Source of the DNA: an uncultured delta proteobacterium
GTDB taxonomy: Bacteria > Desulfobacterota > Binatia > UBA9968
Assembly (NCBI GenBank): GCA_963804165.1
Contig: CAWDPO010000023.1
Location: 192,001 to 256,000 of the forward strand
Reading direction: 5' to 3'
Length of the DNA stretch: 64,000 bases
In this document: positions 8,955-19,750 of the stretch, one piece after another
Layout: each line of letters starts with the position of its first letter
How positions within the stretch are numbered: position 1 is the first letter of the stretch
Translations under genes and position numbers: made by a program
Notes under the pieces: generated by a model
What the model was told of the DNA's origin: nothing
The model's database searches: none
Seen by the model: the letters and a program-made list of their open reading frames with translations, nothing else

Positions 8955-9563
8955 ATGGCACATATCGTTTCCATTATCGTCAAAGGCGGGGTCGTGATGA
9001 TCCCTCTCCTCGCCTGCTCCTTGATCTCGCTCGCGCTCACCATCGAGCGAATCATGTTTTGGACCAAACTGAAGTCGAAAGACGTTCTCCAGCAAATCTT
9101 GTCATTGGTCGAAAATGGCGAATTCGAACAAGCGCTGAAGTTGGGTAAGACCTCGAGCCAGCCGATCGCGCGTGTTTTAGCCGCTGGCATCGCGCACCGT
9201 AATCCGGCTCCGGCCAAGGCGATGGAAGCCGCCGCACAGGCGGAGATTCCCGTGCTCAAGAGCCGGCTTGGCGTTCTCGACACGATTGTCACGTTGGCAC
9301 CTTTGCTTGGCCTGCTCGGCACGGTCGTCGGTATGATCGGCTCGTTCGATGTCATGTCCGAAGCGGGCATGGGTCAGCCGCACGCCGTTACCGGCGGCGT
9401 CGCCGAAGCACTGATCGCAACCGCCACCGGGTTGTTGATCGCAATCCTAACCCTCGTCTCCTACAACTACTTCACCGCTCGGGCGGAACGGGAAATGGAT
9501 CGGATGGAGCATTTCAGCTCGTCGCTTGAATTGCAGCTCCACGAACACGCGGCGAAACATTGA
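8955..9563 (+). CDS. exbB: MotA/TolQ/ExbB proton channel
   Basis: APLLGLLGTVVGMI and EALIATATGL motifs. Confidence 0.93.
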   Translation: MAHIVSIIVKGGVVMIPLLACSLISLALTIERIMFWTKLKSKDVLQQILSLVENGEFEQALKLGKTSSQPIARVLAAGIAHRNPAPAKAMEAAAQAEIPVLKSRLGVLDTIVTLAPLLGLLGTVVGMIGSFDVMSEAGMGQPHAVTGGVAEALIATATGLLIAILTLVSYNYFTARAEREMDRMEHFSSSLELQLHEHAAKH

Positions 9564-9976
9564 TGCGCATCCAACGCCGCAGCATAAAAAAGGCGCGTAT
9601 CGAGATCATCCCAATGATCGACACGATCTTTTTCTTGTTGGTCTTTTTCATGATCTCGACCCTATCGATGAGGCAATTTAGGGGCATGCCGGTCAATCTT
9701 CCCAAAGCGGCCTCCGGCCAGCAAGCACCCGCCGAGAGCGCGTCGATCACGATCACCAGAGAAAGCCAGATCTTTCTCGACAAACAGGCGGTCGACAAAA
9801 CGACCCTTGGCAATCTTTTGCGCGCGCAACTCGTCAAGAATCCCGATCTCTTGGTCGTCATTAACGCCGATGACGGCGTTGAGCATGGCCACGTCGTTGA
9901 AGTCATGGACATCGCCCGGGGCGCCAACGTCGCCAAAATGGCGATCGCGGTAAAGCCGAAGGAGAAGAAAGAATGA
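9560..9976 (+). CDS. exbD: Biopolymer transporter ExbD
   Basis: IIPMIDTIFFLLVFFM, VNLP and INAD motifs. Confidence 0.93.
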   Translation: MMRIQRRSIKKARIEIIPMIDTIFFLLVFFMISTLSMRQFRGMPVNLPKAASGQQAPAESASITITRESQIFLDKQAVDKTTLGNLLRAQLVKNPDLLVVINADDGVEHGHVVEVMDIARGANVAKMAIAVKPKEKKE

Positions 9977-10800
9977 GCGATCGTTGGATCATCTCGTCAT
10001 TTACTGCTTCATCGCTGATTCATTTGGGGCTAATTCCGCTGGCGGCATTGGTCATGCACGTCAAACCGATCAAGCCAATCACCGTGCCCATCGAATTGGT
10101 CGACGTGCCACGAATCGAGGAGCCGAAGAAAATCGAAATGACACCACCGCCTTCGCGGCTCCAACACCCAAACCAAAAAACATAACTGCGCCAAAACTCC
10201 TGTCCAAGCCAGTCCTCGAAACCAGTCGACTGCCACCGACTGGCAACACTAAGGAGGAAATTAAAGAGAAACCGATCGAAGAACCGCCCCGATGGCTTCA
10301 TTGCCGGACAACACCGGCGCCGCCAAGGCAGGATGGAACCAGGGTCGAAGGCAACCGAAGCCGAAGGCAGCGCTGCCGGGGCCGGCAATCTTTTTGGCAA
10401 AGGCGACATCGGCGTGGTGGTGGCACCGGCGTCGAGGGCGGTGGCGGGGGAAAAGGCGCGCGGGATTGGGACGAGGCGAGAAGGGCGACGGCACTGGCGG
10501 GGGTGTCGGCACGGTGAAGCGCTTTCCGGGCTGGCCCGGCCCCTCGGCGGCTATCAAGTCAAGCCGCGCTATCCGGAGTCCGCACGAAGGGCGGGCGTGC
10601 AGGGCGTGACAACGTTACGTGTCCGCGTCCTCGAAAACGGCCGAGTCGGTGAAGTCCTCGTCGATCAATCCGCCGGATTTCGCGACCTGGATGTTTCCGC
10701 GATAGAAGCGGTCAAAAAATGGCTTTTCGAGCCGGCGCGTCGCGGCAAAGATCCGGTGTCGGTCTGGGTGATGCTTCCGGTGAAGTTCGAGCTGCATTAG
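9973..10800 (+). CDS. tonB: Energy transducer TonB (frameshifted in this sequence)
   Basis: TM anchor with SxxxH, Pro/Lys-rich linker and C-terminal YPESARRAGVQG...WLFEPA domain are spread over several frames. Confidence 0.85.
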
Positions 10801-10821
10801 CATGCCCATGGGAGACATCAA

Positions 10822-11000
10822 TTGTCCATTGCGTCAATAAACAACCGGGACTTTCGAGCGATATCGCGTCAACTGAAAAAAAGCCACGCATCGAAAGCAA
10901 CAATTTATTTCAAGGAAATAGCGAAGTCGTCATCGTGCACAAAAACAAAGAATACAACTTGCGAATCACGAAAAACGGCAAGTTGATTTTGACGAAGTAG
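10822..11000 (+). CDS. hemP: Hemin uptake regulator HemP/HmuP
   Basis: C-terminus LFQGNSEVVIVHKNKEYNLRITKNGKLILTK is the HemP signature; probable TTG start at 10822 with GGAG RBS and an extra A in the A7 run near 10876. Confidence 0.85.
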
Positions 11001-11062
11001 AAAAAGACAAGGAGTCACGCAAACCTTTGGGGAGGTCGTGAAGAGTATTTTGTAGGTTGAAA

Positions 11063-11099
11063 GCCAGCCAGCGTGTGAGGCGACTCATGCCAGCCAGCG
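11063..11099 (+). promoter_or_regulatory. Putative HmuP-responsive leader element: GCCAGCCAGCG direct repeat around a GNRA hairpin
   Basis: Repeats at 11063-73 and 11089-99 flank the stem GTGTGAG-GCGA-CTCATGC, just before RBS GGAGGA of the receptor gene. Confidence 0.65.
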
Positions 11100-11124
11100 A
11101 AAATTTACACCATTGGAGGAACAC

Positions 11125-13269
11125 ATGAGTCGACAAGAGAAACGTGCGAATGAAAGGCGGGTGCGCAAGGCGTTAAGCAAAATCAGTCTCGCCGCCGGCG
11201 AAGGAGTGGGCCGGGCGGTGGCGTTTTCGTTAACGCTGGCGAGCAACGCCTTTGCGGCAGAGCCGAAAAAGGAAGAAACCTTCACGCTCCCGCCAGTGGT
11301 CGTGCAAGACCAAGGCAGCCCCTATGTCGTGCCGGAATCCTCGCTAACCAAGTTCCCGGTGCCGCTGAAAGACACGCCGCAATCGATCACGATCATTCCG
11401 GAAAAACTCGTCGAAGAACAAGCCGGCACAACACTGCGTGACGCGCTGCGCAACGTGCCGGGCATCACTGCCACCGCCGGCGAAGGCGGCGGCGCGCAAG
11501 GCGACGTTTTCACACTAAGGGGATTCAATGCCCGCAACGACACGTTTATCGACGGCGTGCGCGATTCCGGCTCCTATTTTCGCGATGCGTTCAATTTCGA
11601 ATCGGTCGAAGTGCTGAAAGGTCCCTCTTCCACCTTCTTTGGCCGTGGTTCCACCGGGGGCATTATCAATCAGGTGAGCAAGGTTCCCCGCCTGGATCCC
11701 AGCTACGAGGGCATTTTCAGCAGTGGAGCCGGCCCGCTCTTTCGCAGCACCATGGATGTCAATCAACCGATTCCGCAACTGCTGCCCAATGCGGCCGTCC
11801 GCGTCAACCTCATGGCCCATAGAGACGACGTCGTGGAACGCGACAAGATCGAACTCAGACGGCTGGGCTTTGCACCGTCGATCGCCTTCGGGCTCGGCAC
11901 GCCGACGAGATTACGCTGAGCTACCTTCTCCAGCATGAAGACAATATTCCGGACTATGGTTTCCCCTATCTTAACGGCGCACCGCTGCGCGTCCGCCGCG
12001 ATACGTTCTTCGGTCTCACCAAGGAGGACCATGAACGCACGTTGGTCAACATCGGTACGCTGCGACTGGATCACCGCTTCAACGACATCTTCAATCTGCG
12101 CAATACGTTCCGCTACAGTCACGTCGATCGCGATTCGGCGGTGACCAATGCCACCGCGGTTCTTCCGAACACACTGAATCGGAGCCGACCCCAACGCGAC
12201 ACGCAAGAAAGCATTCTAAGCAATCAGACCGATCTCGTCGCCAAGTTCGACACCTATGGTTTCAAACACACGGCGACCACGGGTTTGGAAGTATCGCGCG
12301 AAACCTTCGACCTGGTGCGCTGGGCGAGCACCGGTCCCAATACCACGATCAACGATCCTGCCAACAATCAGGCGCCGAACGCGAAAACCTTGGCTGCAGA
12401 CTCGGATACGCGCGCGATCGGTTATGGGATCTATGCTGCGGACCAGATCAAGTTAAACGAATATTTCGATATCGTCGGCGGTGTGCGCTGGGACTATTTC
12501 GACACCGACGTGAAAGATGACTTTCTCAACGACAAACGAAAACAAATCGACAAGATGTGGAGTTATCGGGGCGGACTGGTCTTTCACCCGACGCCGTCTC
12601 AGAGTTATTATTTTTCTTACGGCACTTCGTTCAATCCATCGGCCGAGGGCATCGCGCTGAGTCCCGCCACCAACGGCACGCCGCCGGAAAAGAACCGGAT
12701 TTTCGAAGTCGGAGCCAAACTGGAGTTTTTTCAAGGCGCGCTCAGTCTCCAGAGCGCGGTATTCCGTATCGACAAGACTAACGCACGCACGCCGAATCCA
12801 ATTGACGATACATTGCCCAACGTAGTGACCGGTAAACAGCGCTCACAGGGATTCGAAGTGGGTCTGAACGGCCGCCTGGCCCCCGGTGTGAACGTATTTA
12901 CCGGTTATACGTTTCTCGATACGGAAATTCTCAAAGATACGGCCACGGCTAACATTGGAAATGAAATCTCCAACGTGCCGAGACACAGCGCGACGCTTTG
13001 GACCACCTACGATTTTCTAGAAAAATGGCAGGTCGGCGGTGGTCCGACCTATGTCGGCAGCCGCTACTCGAATAATGCGAACGCTAACCGTGTCCCTGGA
13101 TTCGTCCGATGGGATTCAACGATCGCGTACCAGATCACTCAGGAATATTCAGTTGCGGATCAACGCAATTAATCTCACGAACCAGCTTTACTTCGACAGC
13201 ATCTCGGGATCGAAAGCCGTGCCGGCTGCCGGTCGCACATTCCTCGGCAGCGCGAGCTTTAAGTTCTAA
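11125..13269 (+). CDS. TonB-dependent siderophore receptor (Fiu/PiuA-like), two frameshifts
   Basis: Plug motifs DTPQSI, LRNVPGIT, EVLKGPSS; beta-barrel; terminal Phe (...ASFKF); frame changes near 11910 and 13145. Confidence 0.92.
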
Positions 13270-13283
13270 GGAGTTTTACATAA

Positions 13284-13964
13284 GTGATTGTCCAGGTTCC
13301 CAATGTATTGAATACCGAACAGGTCGCGCGTTGCCGGGAAGTGATGAACCACGCGAGCTGGATCGACGGCAGGGTGACCGCGGGTTATCAGTCGGCCGTC
13401 GTAAAGGACAATCGCCAGTTGCCGGAGAATAGTCCGGAAGCGCGGGAGCTGGGCGATATGATCGTGACGGCCCTGGAGCGCAGCCCGCTGTTTATCACCG
13501 CGGCGTTGCCGCTCCGGGTCTTCCCGCCGCTGTTTAACCGCTACGAAGGCGGCGAAGCCTTCGGCGCACATTTAGATAATTCAATCCGCCAGATTCCCTT
13601 CACTCCTTACCGCATTCGCACCGATATTTCGGCGACCCTGTTTCTCAGCGCGCCGCAAGACTACGACGGCGGCGAGCTGGTGATCGACGACGTCTACGGC
13701 GCGCACGCCGCCAAACTACCCGCAGGCGACATGGTGGTCTACCCGGCGAGTAGCCTGCACCACGTGAATCCGGTGACGCGCGGTGTGCGTCTCGCGGCGT
13801 TTTTCTGGGTCCAAAGTATGGTGCGAGACGACGGCGAGCGCACGCTTCTCTTTGATCTCGACATGGCAATCAACAAGGTCAATCAAGTGATACCCAACAA
13901 CGGCGCTGTGGTGGAACTGACCAACTGCTATCACAACTTGTTGCGGCGCTTCGCGGAGGTGTGA
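13284..13964 (+). CDS. piuC: Fe(II)/2-oxoglutarate dioxygenase PiuC/YbiX
   Basis: [41 protein letters not shown]. Confidence 0.95.
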   Translation: MIVQVPNVLNTEQVARCREVMNHASWIDGRVTAGYQSAVVKDNRQLPENSPEARELGDMIVTALERSPLFITAALPLRVFPPLFNRYEGGEAFGAHLDNSIRQIPFTPYRIRTDISATLFLSAPQDYDGGELVIDDVYGAHAAKLPAGDMVVYPASSLHHVNPVTRGVRLAAFFWVQSMVRDDGERTLLFDLDMAINKVNQVIPNNGAVVELTNCYHNLLRRFAEV

Positions 13965-13965
13965 C

Positions 13966-14508
13966 GTGAATGTTGTTGCTTGTCGGCGATTATATAATTT
14001 CTCGGCGGCTGTCCTTCTGCTCGTCGTCGGCTGCGCCACCGCTGCGCCGGTGGACGAATCGGCCTCGCGGGTCTCTGTCACTTTCATCGAACCGGAGAAG
14101 TTCACCGACGCGCGCCGTGCCGAGCTGGAGGAGACGTCGACGGGCATCCTCGGCGAACTGAAAAATTTTATCGTCTTGACCGGCGCGCGCTACGTGCCCG
14201 AGAACATGAAATTGAATATCCGAGTCACCAACGTCGATCTCGCGGGCGATTTCGAGTTGTTTCGCGGTCCGCAAGCGGATCAAGTGCGCATCACCAAAGG
14301 TCTCTACCCGCCGCACATCGTGCTTGAGTTCGAGGTCATCGATAGCGCGGAGAAGGTCATCAAATCCGGCAAGCGCGATCTAACGGATATCGATTACCAA
14401 TCGCGCAGCGTTAACCCGCGGGAGGACTACCTACGCTACGAAAAAGATATCTTGCGCGATTGGCTGCGCGCCGAATTCGCCGATCTCAAGAATCGCGCGG
14501 CGAGCTAG
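13966..14508 (+). CDS. DUF3016-like exported protein/lipoprotein
   Basis: Lipobox-like VVGC; EPEKFTD, VDLAG and LRYEK motifs. Confidence 0.7.
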   Translation: MNVVACRRLYNFSAAVLLLVVGCATAAPVDESASRVSVTFIEPEKFTDARRAELEETSTGILGELKNFIVLTGARYVPENMKLNIRVTNVDLAGDFELFRGPQADQVRITKGLYPPHIVLEFEVIDSAEKVIKSGKRDLTDIDYQSRSVNPREDYLRYEKDILRDWLRAEFADLKNRAAS

Positions 14509-14529
14509 ACGGGAGGAAGAGGGTCAGCG

Positions 14530-16350
14530 ATGAAACTCCTACACAAGGTCATTTTTTGGAGCCACCTGCTCGCCGGCGTGATCGGCGGAGTCGTCATCTT
14601 CATCATGTCCGCGACCGGCGTGATCCTCATGTACGAATCGCAGATCACCGAGTATATCGAGCGCGACGCGCGGCGAGTGATTCCGTCCGCCGACGGCAAG
14701 CGCTTGAGGTACGACGACCTGATCGGCAAAGTCCGCGACGCCAACCCCGACGCGCGCCCCGCGGCGATCATCGTCAAGTCCGATCCCACTGCGTCGGTGG
14801 CGGTCAATCTCGGCCGCGAGAATACTGTCTTCGTCAATCCCTACAACGGCCAGCTCTTGGGTGGACTGTCAGCAACGCACGACTTTTTGCATGACGTCGT
14901 CGATTGGCATCGCTGGCTCGGCGCCGAAGGCGAAGGCCGCGTCACAGCGCGCGCGATCACCGGAGCCTGCAACCTGGCGTTTTTCTGGCTCGCCGTTACT
15001 GGAGTTTATCTCTGGTGGCCGCGCAGCTGGCAATGGCGCGGATTGAAAATGAGTCTCCTATTCAGTACCCGCTTGCGCGGCAAAGCGCGCGACTGGAATT
15101 GGCACAACGTCATCGGCTTTTGGTCTTCGGCCGTGCTCGTCGTACTTACGTTGACCGCTGCAGTCATGTCTTACCCCTGGGCCAATGATCTACTCTACAC
15201 GATCACCGGCAGCGAACCGCCACCGCGCCGCACGGAAGGCCCCGCCAGCGAGCCCGTTCAGGGAGCACGGGCACGCGCTCGTGGCGAAGCTCGGACCGCT
15301 GTTCAGACGGCGAGCTTCGATGTTCTATTGGCGCGAGCGCAAGAGCAAGTGCCCGGTTGGGTGATGATCATGCTGCGCATGCCGCCACGCGGTGATGGAC
15401 CGGTCACGGCTACCATCCAGGGACCCGATGCCTTTCATCGTTTTGAGCGCTCGCAGCTCACGCTCCAGCGCGCCAGCGGCGACGTCGTCAAGTGGGAGCC
15501 CTATTCCAACAACAGCACCGGGCGAAAACTGCGTACCTGGGTGCGCGCGCTGCACACTGGCGAAGCATTCGGCTTCCCCGGCCAGACCGTCGCCGGCCTC
15601 GCCTCTCTCGGCGGCTGCTTTCTCGTCTGGACCGGATTCGCGATGGCCTGGCGCCGCTTTCGATCTTGGCGCCGTACACAGAAAGAGTTTACTGCAGAGG
15701 AGTTCGTGATGAATCTAGATAGTGAGCAAATCAATATTCCCGATCAACACCAGGCCGAGAGCGAGAGCGTCGACCCCAGCATAGCAACCTCGTTAAGCGA
15801 AGCCCCAATCAGCGCGCCTAACGGTGCCAACGGCCATGGCCGCGCCGTACAGGATCTCGCGCGCGAACGAGTGACGGCGCCGTTCAACGGCGAGTCGGTG
15901 TTGATTCTTTTCGGCACCGTGACCGGCAACTCGGAGACACTCGCCAAAAAACTGGCCGACACGCTGCGCGCAACCGGTCTCACCGTGCGGGTGCGCGACA
16001 TGGCGCACTGTCAACCGACCGTGCTGACGCAGGCGAACTGTGTGCTGGTCGTGGCGAGCACCTACGGTGACGGCGAACCGCCCGACGACGCCGCGCCGTT
16101 TTGCGAAGCAGTCGTGCACGGCAACGGCCTCGATCTGAGGGGCGTGAAATATTCCGTGCTGGCGCTCGGCAATACGACCTACGATCATTTTTGCAAATGT
16201 GGCCGCGAGCTCGATGCTTCCCTTGAGCGCCACGGCGCCGTGCGTCTTTATCCGCGCGTCGATTGCGATGTCGACTATGATGATCTCGCCAGACGCTGGA
16301 TCGAAGGCGTGCTCGCTACTCTGCGGCAAAACCATTCCGCATCGGCCTAA
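14530..16350 (+). CDS. PepSY-associated TM-helix iron reductase-like protein fused to a flavodoxin domain
   Basis: Conserved His motifs (WHRWL, WHNVIG, LHTG) then FGTVTGNS, STYGDGEPPD and LALGNTTY flavodoxin motifs. Confidence 0.88.
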   Translation: MKLLHKVIFWSHLLAGVIGGVVIFIMSATGVILMYESQITEYIERDARRVIPSADGKRLRYDDLIGKVRDANPDARPAAIIVKSDPTASVAVNLGRENTVFVNPYNGQLLGGLSATHDFLHDVVDWHRWLGAEGEGRVTARAITGACNLAFFWLAVTGVYLWWPRSWQWRGLKMSLLFSTRLRGKARDWNWHNVIGFWSSAVLVVLTLTAAVMSYPWANDLLYTITGSEPPPRRTEGPASEPVQGARARARGEARTAVQTASFDVLLARAQEQVPGWVMIMLRMPPRGDGPVTATIQGPDAFHRFERSQLTLQRASGDVVKWEPYSNNSTGRKLRTWVRALHTGEAFGFPGQTVAGLASLGGCFLVWTGFAMAWRRFRSWRRTQKEFTAEEFVMNLDSEQINIPDQHQAESESVDPSIATSLSEAPISAPNGANGHGRAVQDLARERVTAPFNGESVLILFGTVTGNSETLAKKLADTLRATGLTVRVRDMAHCQPTVLTQANCVLVVASTYGDGEPPDDAAPFCEAVVHGNGLDLRGVKYSVLALGNTTYDHFCKCGRELDASLERHGAVRLYPRVDCDVDYDDLARRWIEGVLATLRQNHSASA

Positions 16351-16363
16351 AAGGAGAGCTGCG

Positions 16364-17038
16364 ATGGTGCAATTGATTGTCAGCGCGATCTTGCTTTTGG
16401 CGTTGAGCCAAACCGCTTATGCTCATTTCGTCTGGCTCGAACGCGACGGCGACGGTCCGGCACGCGTCTACTTTGGCGAATGGATCGACGACATTCGCGA
16501 AAAAACCGGCGGCCTGCTCGACCGCTTCAAAGCGCCGCGCGCCTTTCTCGGCACGAGCAGCGAAGCGCTGCCGGTGAAGCGCAATGACAACCATCTAGAG
16601 ATCGGCGCGAAAGGGCGCGGCGATGTCCGTTTCGTCGACAGCGGCGTGCCGGCGCGCGAAGACAAAGAAAAAGGCGGCGTCACCAAAACGATTTATTACG
16701 CCAAAGCCGGGCGTGCGGAAACCGCTGCAAAGCTCGATTTAGAGCTGGTGCCTACTGCAACGAACGGTAACACGGTTGTTCTGGTTTTTCTCGGCGCGCC
16801 GCTGCCGAAGGCTGAACTCACGATCATCGGCCCCTCCAAGTGGGAAAAGCCTCTCGTCACCGACGAGCAAGGGCGGGTGACGCTGCCAACACCCTGGGCC
16901 GGACGCTACGTATTGGAAGTCACCCATTTCGACGAGAAGCCCGGCGGCAGCGGCGAGGAAAAGTTTAGCCGCACGCGTCACATATCGTCGCTCTCGTTCG
17001 TGCAGCAAAGTGGCATACGCTGGACCGATAAACGCTAA
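16364..17038 (+). CDS. DUF4198-like periplasmic metal-uptake protein
   Basis: Signal peptide ending AYA-HFVWLE; TDEQGRV motif; AAGGAG RBS. Confidence 0.75.
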   Translation: MVQLIVSAILLLALSQTAYAHFVWLERDGDGPARVYFGEWIDDIREKTGGLLDRFKAPRAFLGTSSEALPVKRNDNHLEIGAKGRGDVRFVDSGVPAREDKEKGGVTKTIYYAKAGRAETAAKLDLELVPTATNGNTVVLVFLGAPLPKAELTIIGPSKWEKPLVTDEQGRVTLPTPWAGRYVLEVTHFDEKPGGSGEEKFSRTRHISSLSFVQQSGIRWTDKR

Positions 17039-17061
17039 CCCTAATGATCGGTAGGTGAGAA

Positions 17062-17352
17062 ATGGATAGTCTCGTACAGAAAGCATGGGAAATTTATCAA
17101 GTTATGGCGCGTTTTCCCGTTGAAACCATTCTCGAGGCCGCGCTCTGGCTCGAAGAATTGTACCGAAAAGCGCCTAACACCAACGTCGCAACGGCGATCG
17201 CGTTCCACTACTCTTTGCTGGCGTTGCGTGAAGACACCACGCTGGACTCGAAGAGCGCCCAGGAATATTGCGCCCGCGCGGCGCGCTGGCAAGTGGTGGC
17301 GACCGAATGTCGTGGAGTCTCCCTGTTGGAAGCTGTTACAAGGCAGAGCTGA
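17062..17352 (+). CDS. Hypothetical protein
   Basis: ATG ORF with AGGTG RBS; no recognisable motif. Confidence 0.45.
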   Translation: MDSLVQKAWEIYQVMARFPVETILEAALWLEELYRKAPNTNVATAIAFHYSLLALREDTTLDSKSAQEYCARAARWQVVATECRGVSLLEAVTRQS

Positions 17353-17426
17353 CGAAAGCTTATCAGAGGTGCTCGTTTACAGGATCGTCAGAAAGGGCAC
17401 GCTGAGTCCTCTCCCAGGTTGTGGGT

Positions 17427-18197
17427 CTATATATGGAAGAGACTGTGAACGTTTTGTGTAGTGACGCGAGCGACCTCTTCGAAGTCGATCTCTTTGATCT
17501 TTGCAATAGTCGCCGCCACAAAGCGGACATAAGCCGGCTCATTGCGCTTGCCGCGATGCGGCACAGGCGTTAAGTAAGGCGAATCGGTTTCGATGAACAT
17601 TCTCTCTAGCGGAATTTTGCGGACCACGTCCCTTAGCGGTTCGGCATTCTTGAAAGTGATAATGCCGGTGAAGGAAAGGTAAAAGCCCATATCCAAATAT
17701 GCGCGGGCCGCTTCATAATTACCGGTGAAGCAGTGGATCACGCCGTGCAGCTTCCCTTCGCCCTCGGAGCGCAATAACTCTGCCGCGTCATGCGCCGCAT
17801 CGCGCTCGTGTACCACGATTGGCAAATCGGTATCACGTGCCATGCGAATGAACTGAGTGAAAACTCGGCGCTGAACGTCGCGCGGCGAGTGATTGTAATA
17901 GTAATCGAGCCCCGTCTCACCGACCGCGACAACTCTTGGATGCGCAGTTAATTCACGCAGCGCCCGCAATTCGTCATCGCCCACGTGCTTGGCGTCGTGC
18001 GGATGCATTCCCACCGTTGCATAAACGTTCGGAAACGAATTGGCTAGCGCGATCGCCTCGGTGTTGCTCGACATATCGCCCGCGCCGCCGACGGCGATGA
18101 TCTTCTCAACTCCAGCATCGCGAGCGCGCGCGACTACAGCGTCGCGTTCGCCGGCATATTCTTTGCCTTGGATGTGCGCGTGACTATCGATGAGCAT
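17427..18197 (-). CDS. tatD: TatD-family nuclease
   Basis: IDSHAH, GxHPH, GETGLDY, HCF, ETDSPY. Confidence 0.96.
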   Translation of the reverse strand: MLIDSHAHIQGKEYAGERDAVVARARDAGVEKIIAVGGAGDMSSNTEAIALANSFPNVYATVGMHPHDAKHVGDDELRALRELTAHPRVVAVGETGLDYYYNHSPRDVQRRVFTQFIRMARDTDLPIVVHERDAAHDAAELLRSEGEGKLHGVIHCFTGNYEAARAYLDMGFYLSFTGIITFKNAEPLRDVVRKIPLERMFIETDSPYLTPVPHRGKRNEPAYVRFVAATIAKIKEIDFEEVARVTTQNVHSLFHI

Positions 18198-18211
18198 TGC
18201 ATCAGGAAGAA

Positions 18212-19750
18212 TTAGTTCTTTGTCTCGGTCTCAATGCGGGGAAAGAGAACTTTTGGCCCGTTGACCTTATGTCCGGATTGAAAGCCCTGTCCCCACCGCG
18301 CGGGCGACGCTGCTCCATGATCAACAAGCCCGAGCAAAGCGCGCAACTCTATCGCGGTGTCCGGCATAAACGGAGCGAGAAGACGGGAAAGAGTTCTCAC
18401 GACCTCAAGCAAGTGATGCAGCACTTCGCCGACGCGGCCCTGTTTTGCCGGATCTTTGATCATCGTGAACGGCGCAGTTTGGACGATGTAGCGATTCGCA
18501 TGATCGAGCGCCGACCAGAGGGACTCTAAGGCGCGATGGAATTGTAGCTCCGCGATGTAGCTATTCAGCTCGTTTTCAGCCTGAATAAACTTGTCCCGCA
18601 ACTCGAAATCTTCGGTGGTCCAATCGGAACTTAACGGCTGAACCGCACCGGCGAAATACTTTTGCTGCATTGCCAATACGCGGCTCACCAGGTTGCCCAA
18701 ATTGTTCGCCAGATCGGCGTTGATCCGGGTTACCAACGCCTCCTCGGAGAACTTTGCGTCCTGACCAAAAGCCATTTCACGCAGCAGAAAATAGCGAAAC
18801 GCGTCCATGCCGAAGCGCGCTTTCATCTCCAACGGGCGAATGACGTTGCCCAAGCTTTTCGACATCTTGCCGGAGTCCATCACCCAATAGCCGTGAACGT
18901 TCAGATGATCATAGAGCGGCAGGCCTGCAGCCATCAGCATCGTCGGCCAATAAATCGCGTGAGGTTTTAAAATATCTTTGGCGATAAGATGTTGAGCCTT
19001 GGGCCAAAACGATTGCAGCGAATCCCCGCCCCTGTGTTCCAAAGCACTCACGTAATTGAGCAGCGCATCGAACCAAACATAGGTGACGTAATTTGCGTCG
19101 AAGGGCATGGGTATGCCCCATTGCAAACGACTGGTCGGACGCGAAATACAAAGGTCTTCCAGCGGCTCGCGCAGAAAGGCCAAGACTTCGGTGCGATAAC
19201 GTTCGGGCCGAATGAGATTGGGTTTGCTTTGAATCGTGTCTATGAGTTGCTGCTGATACTTACTCATGCGAAAAAAATAGTTCTTCTCGCTAATGTAATC
19301 CGGCACCGTCTGATGGTCCGGACACTTGCCGTCGACCAGCTCCTTCTCCGTGTAAAAGCGCTCGCAACCGTAACAGTAAAAGCCGCCGTATTCGCCGAAA
19401 TAAATGTCTCCGCCGTCATAGATCTTTTGCAGCACGCTCTGAACAAATTCTTTGTGGTATGAGTCGGTCGTGCGAATGAAGTGGTCGTAGGCAATGCCGC
19501 AAGTATCCCATGTCGAGCGAAACAGATTACTGATCCTGTCCGCGTACTCCTTTGGGTTCGTCCCATCGGCGGCAGCCGCTTGCGCGATCTTATCGCCGTG
19601 CTCGTCGGTACCAGTGAGCAAAAATGTTTCGTACCCAATCGATTGGTAATAACGTTTCAGGGTATCGGCTACGACGGTCGTGTACGTATGGCCCAGATGA
19701 GGCTCAGCGTTGACGTAGTACAGCGGCGTGGTGATGTAGATCCTTTCCAT
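18212..19750 (-). CDS. metG: Methionine-tRNA ligase (short form)
   Basis: YITTPLYY, HLGH, GTDEHG, YVWFDAL, KMSKS. Confidence 0.97.
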   Translation of the reverse strand: MERIYITTPLYYVNAEPHLGHTYTTVVADTLKRYYQSIGYETFLLTGTDEHGDKIAQAAAADGTNPKEYADRISNLFRSTWDTCGIAYDHFIRTTDSYHKEFVQSVLQKIYDGGDIYFGEYGGFYCYGCERFYTEKELVDGKCPDHQTVPDYISEKNYFFRMSKYQQQLIDTIQSKPNLIRPERYRTEVLAFLREPLEDLCISRPTSRLQWGIPMPFDANYVTYVWFDALLNYVSALEHRGGDSLQSFWPKAQHLIAKDILKPHAIYWPTMLMAAGLPLYDHLNVHGYWVMDSGKMSKSLGNVIRPLEMKARFGMDAFRYFLLREMAFGQDAKFSEEALVTRINADLANNLGNLVSRVLAMQQKYFAGAVQPLSSDWTTEDFELRDKFIQAENELNSYIAELQFHRALESLWSALDHANRYIVQTAPFTMIKDPAKQGRVGEVLHHLLEVVRTLSRLLAPFMPDTAIELRALLGLVDHGAASPARWGQGFQSGHKVNGPKVLFPRIETETKN

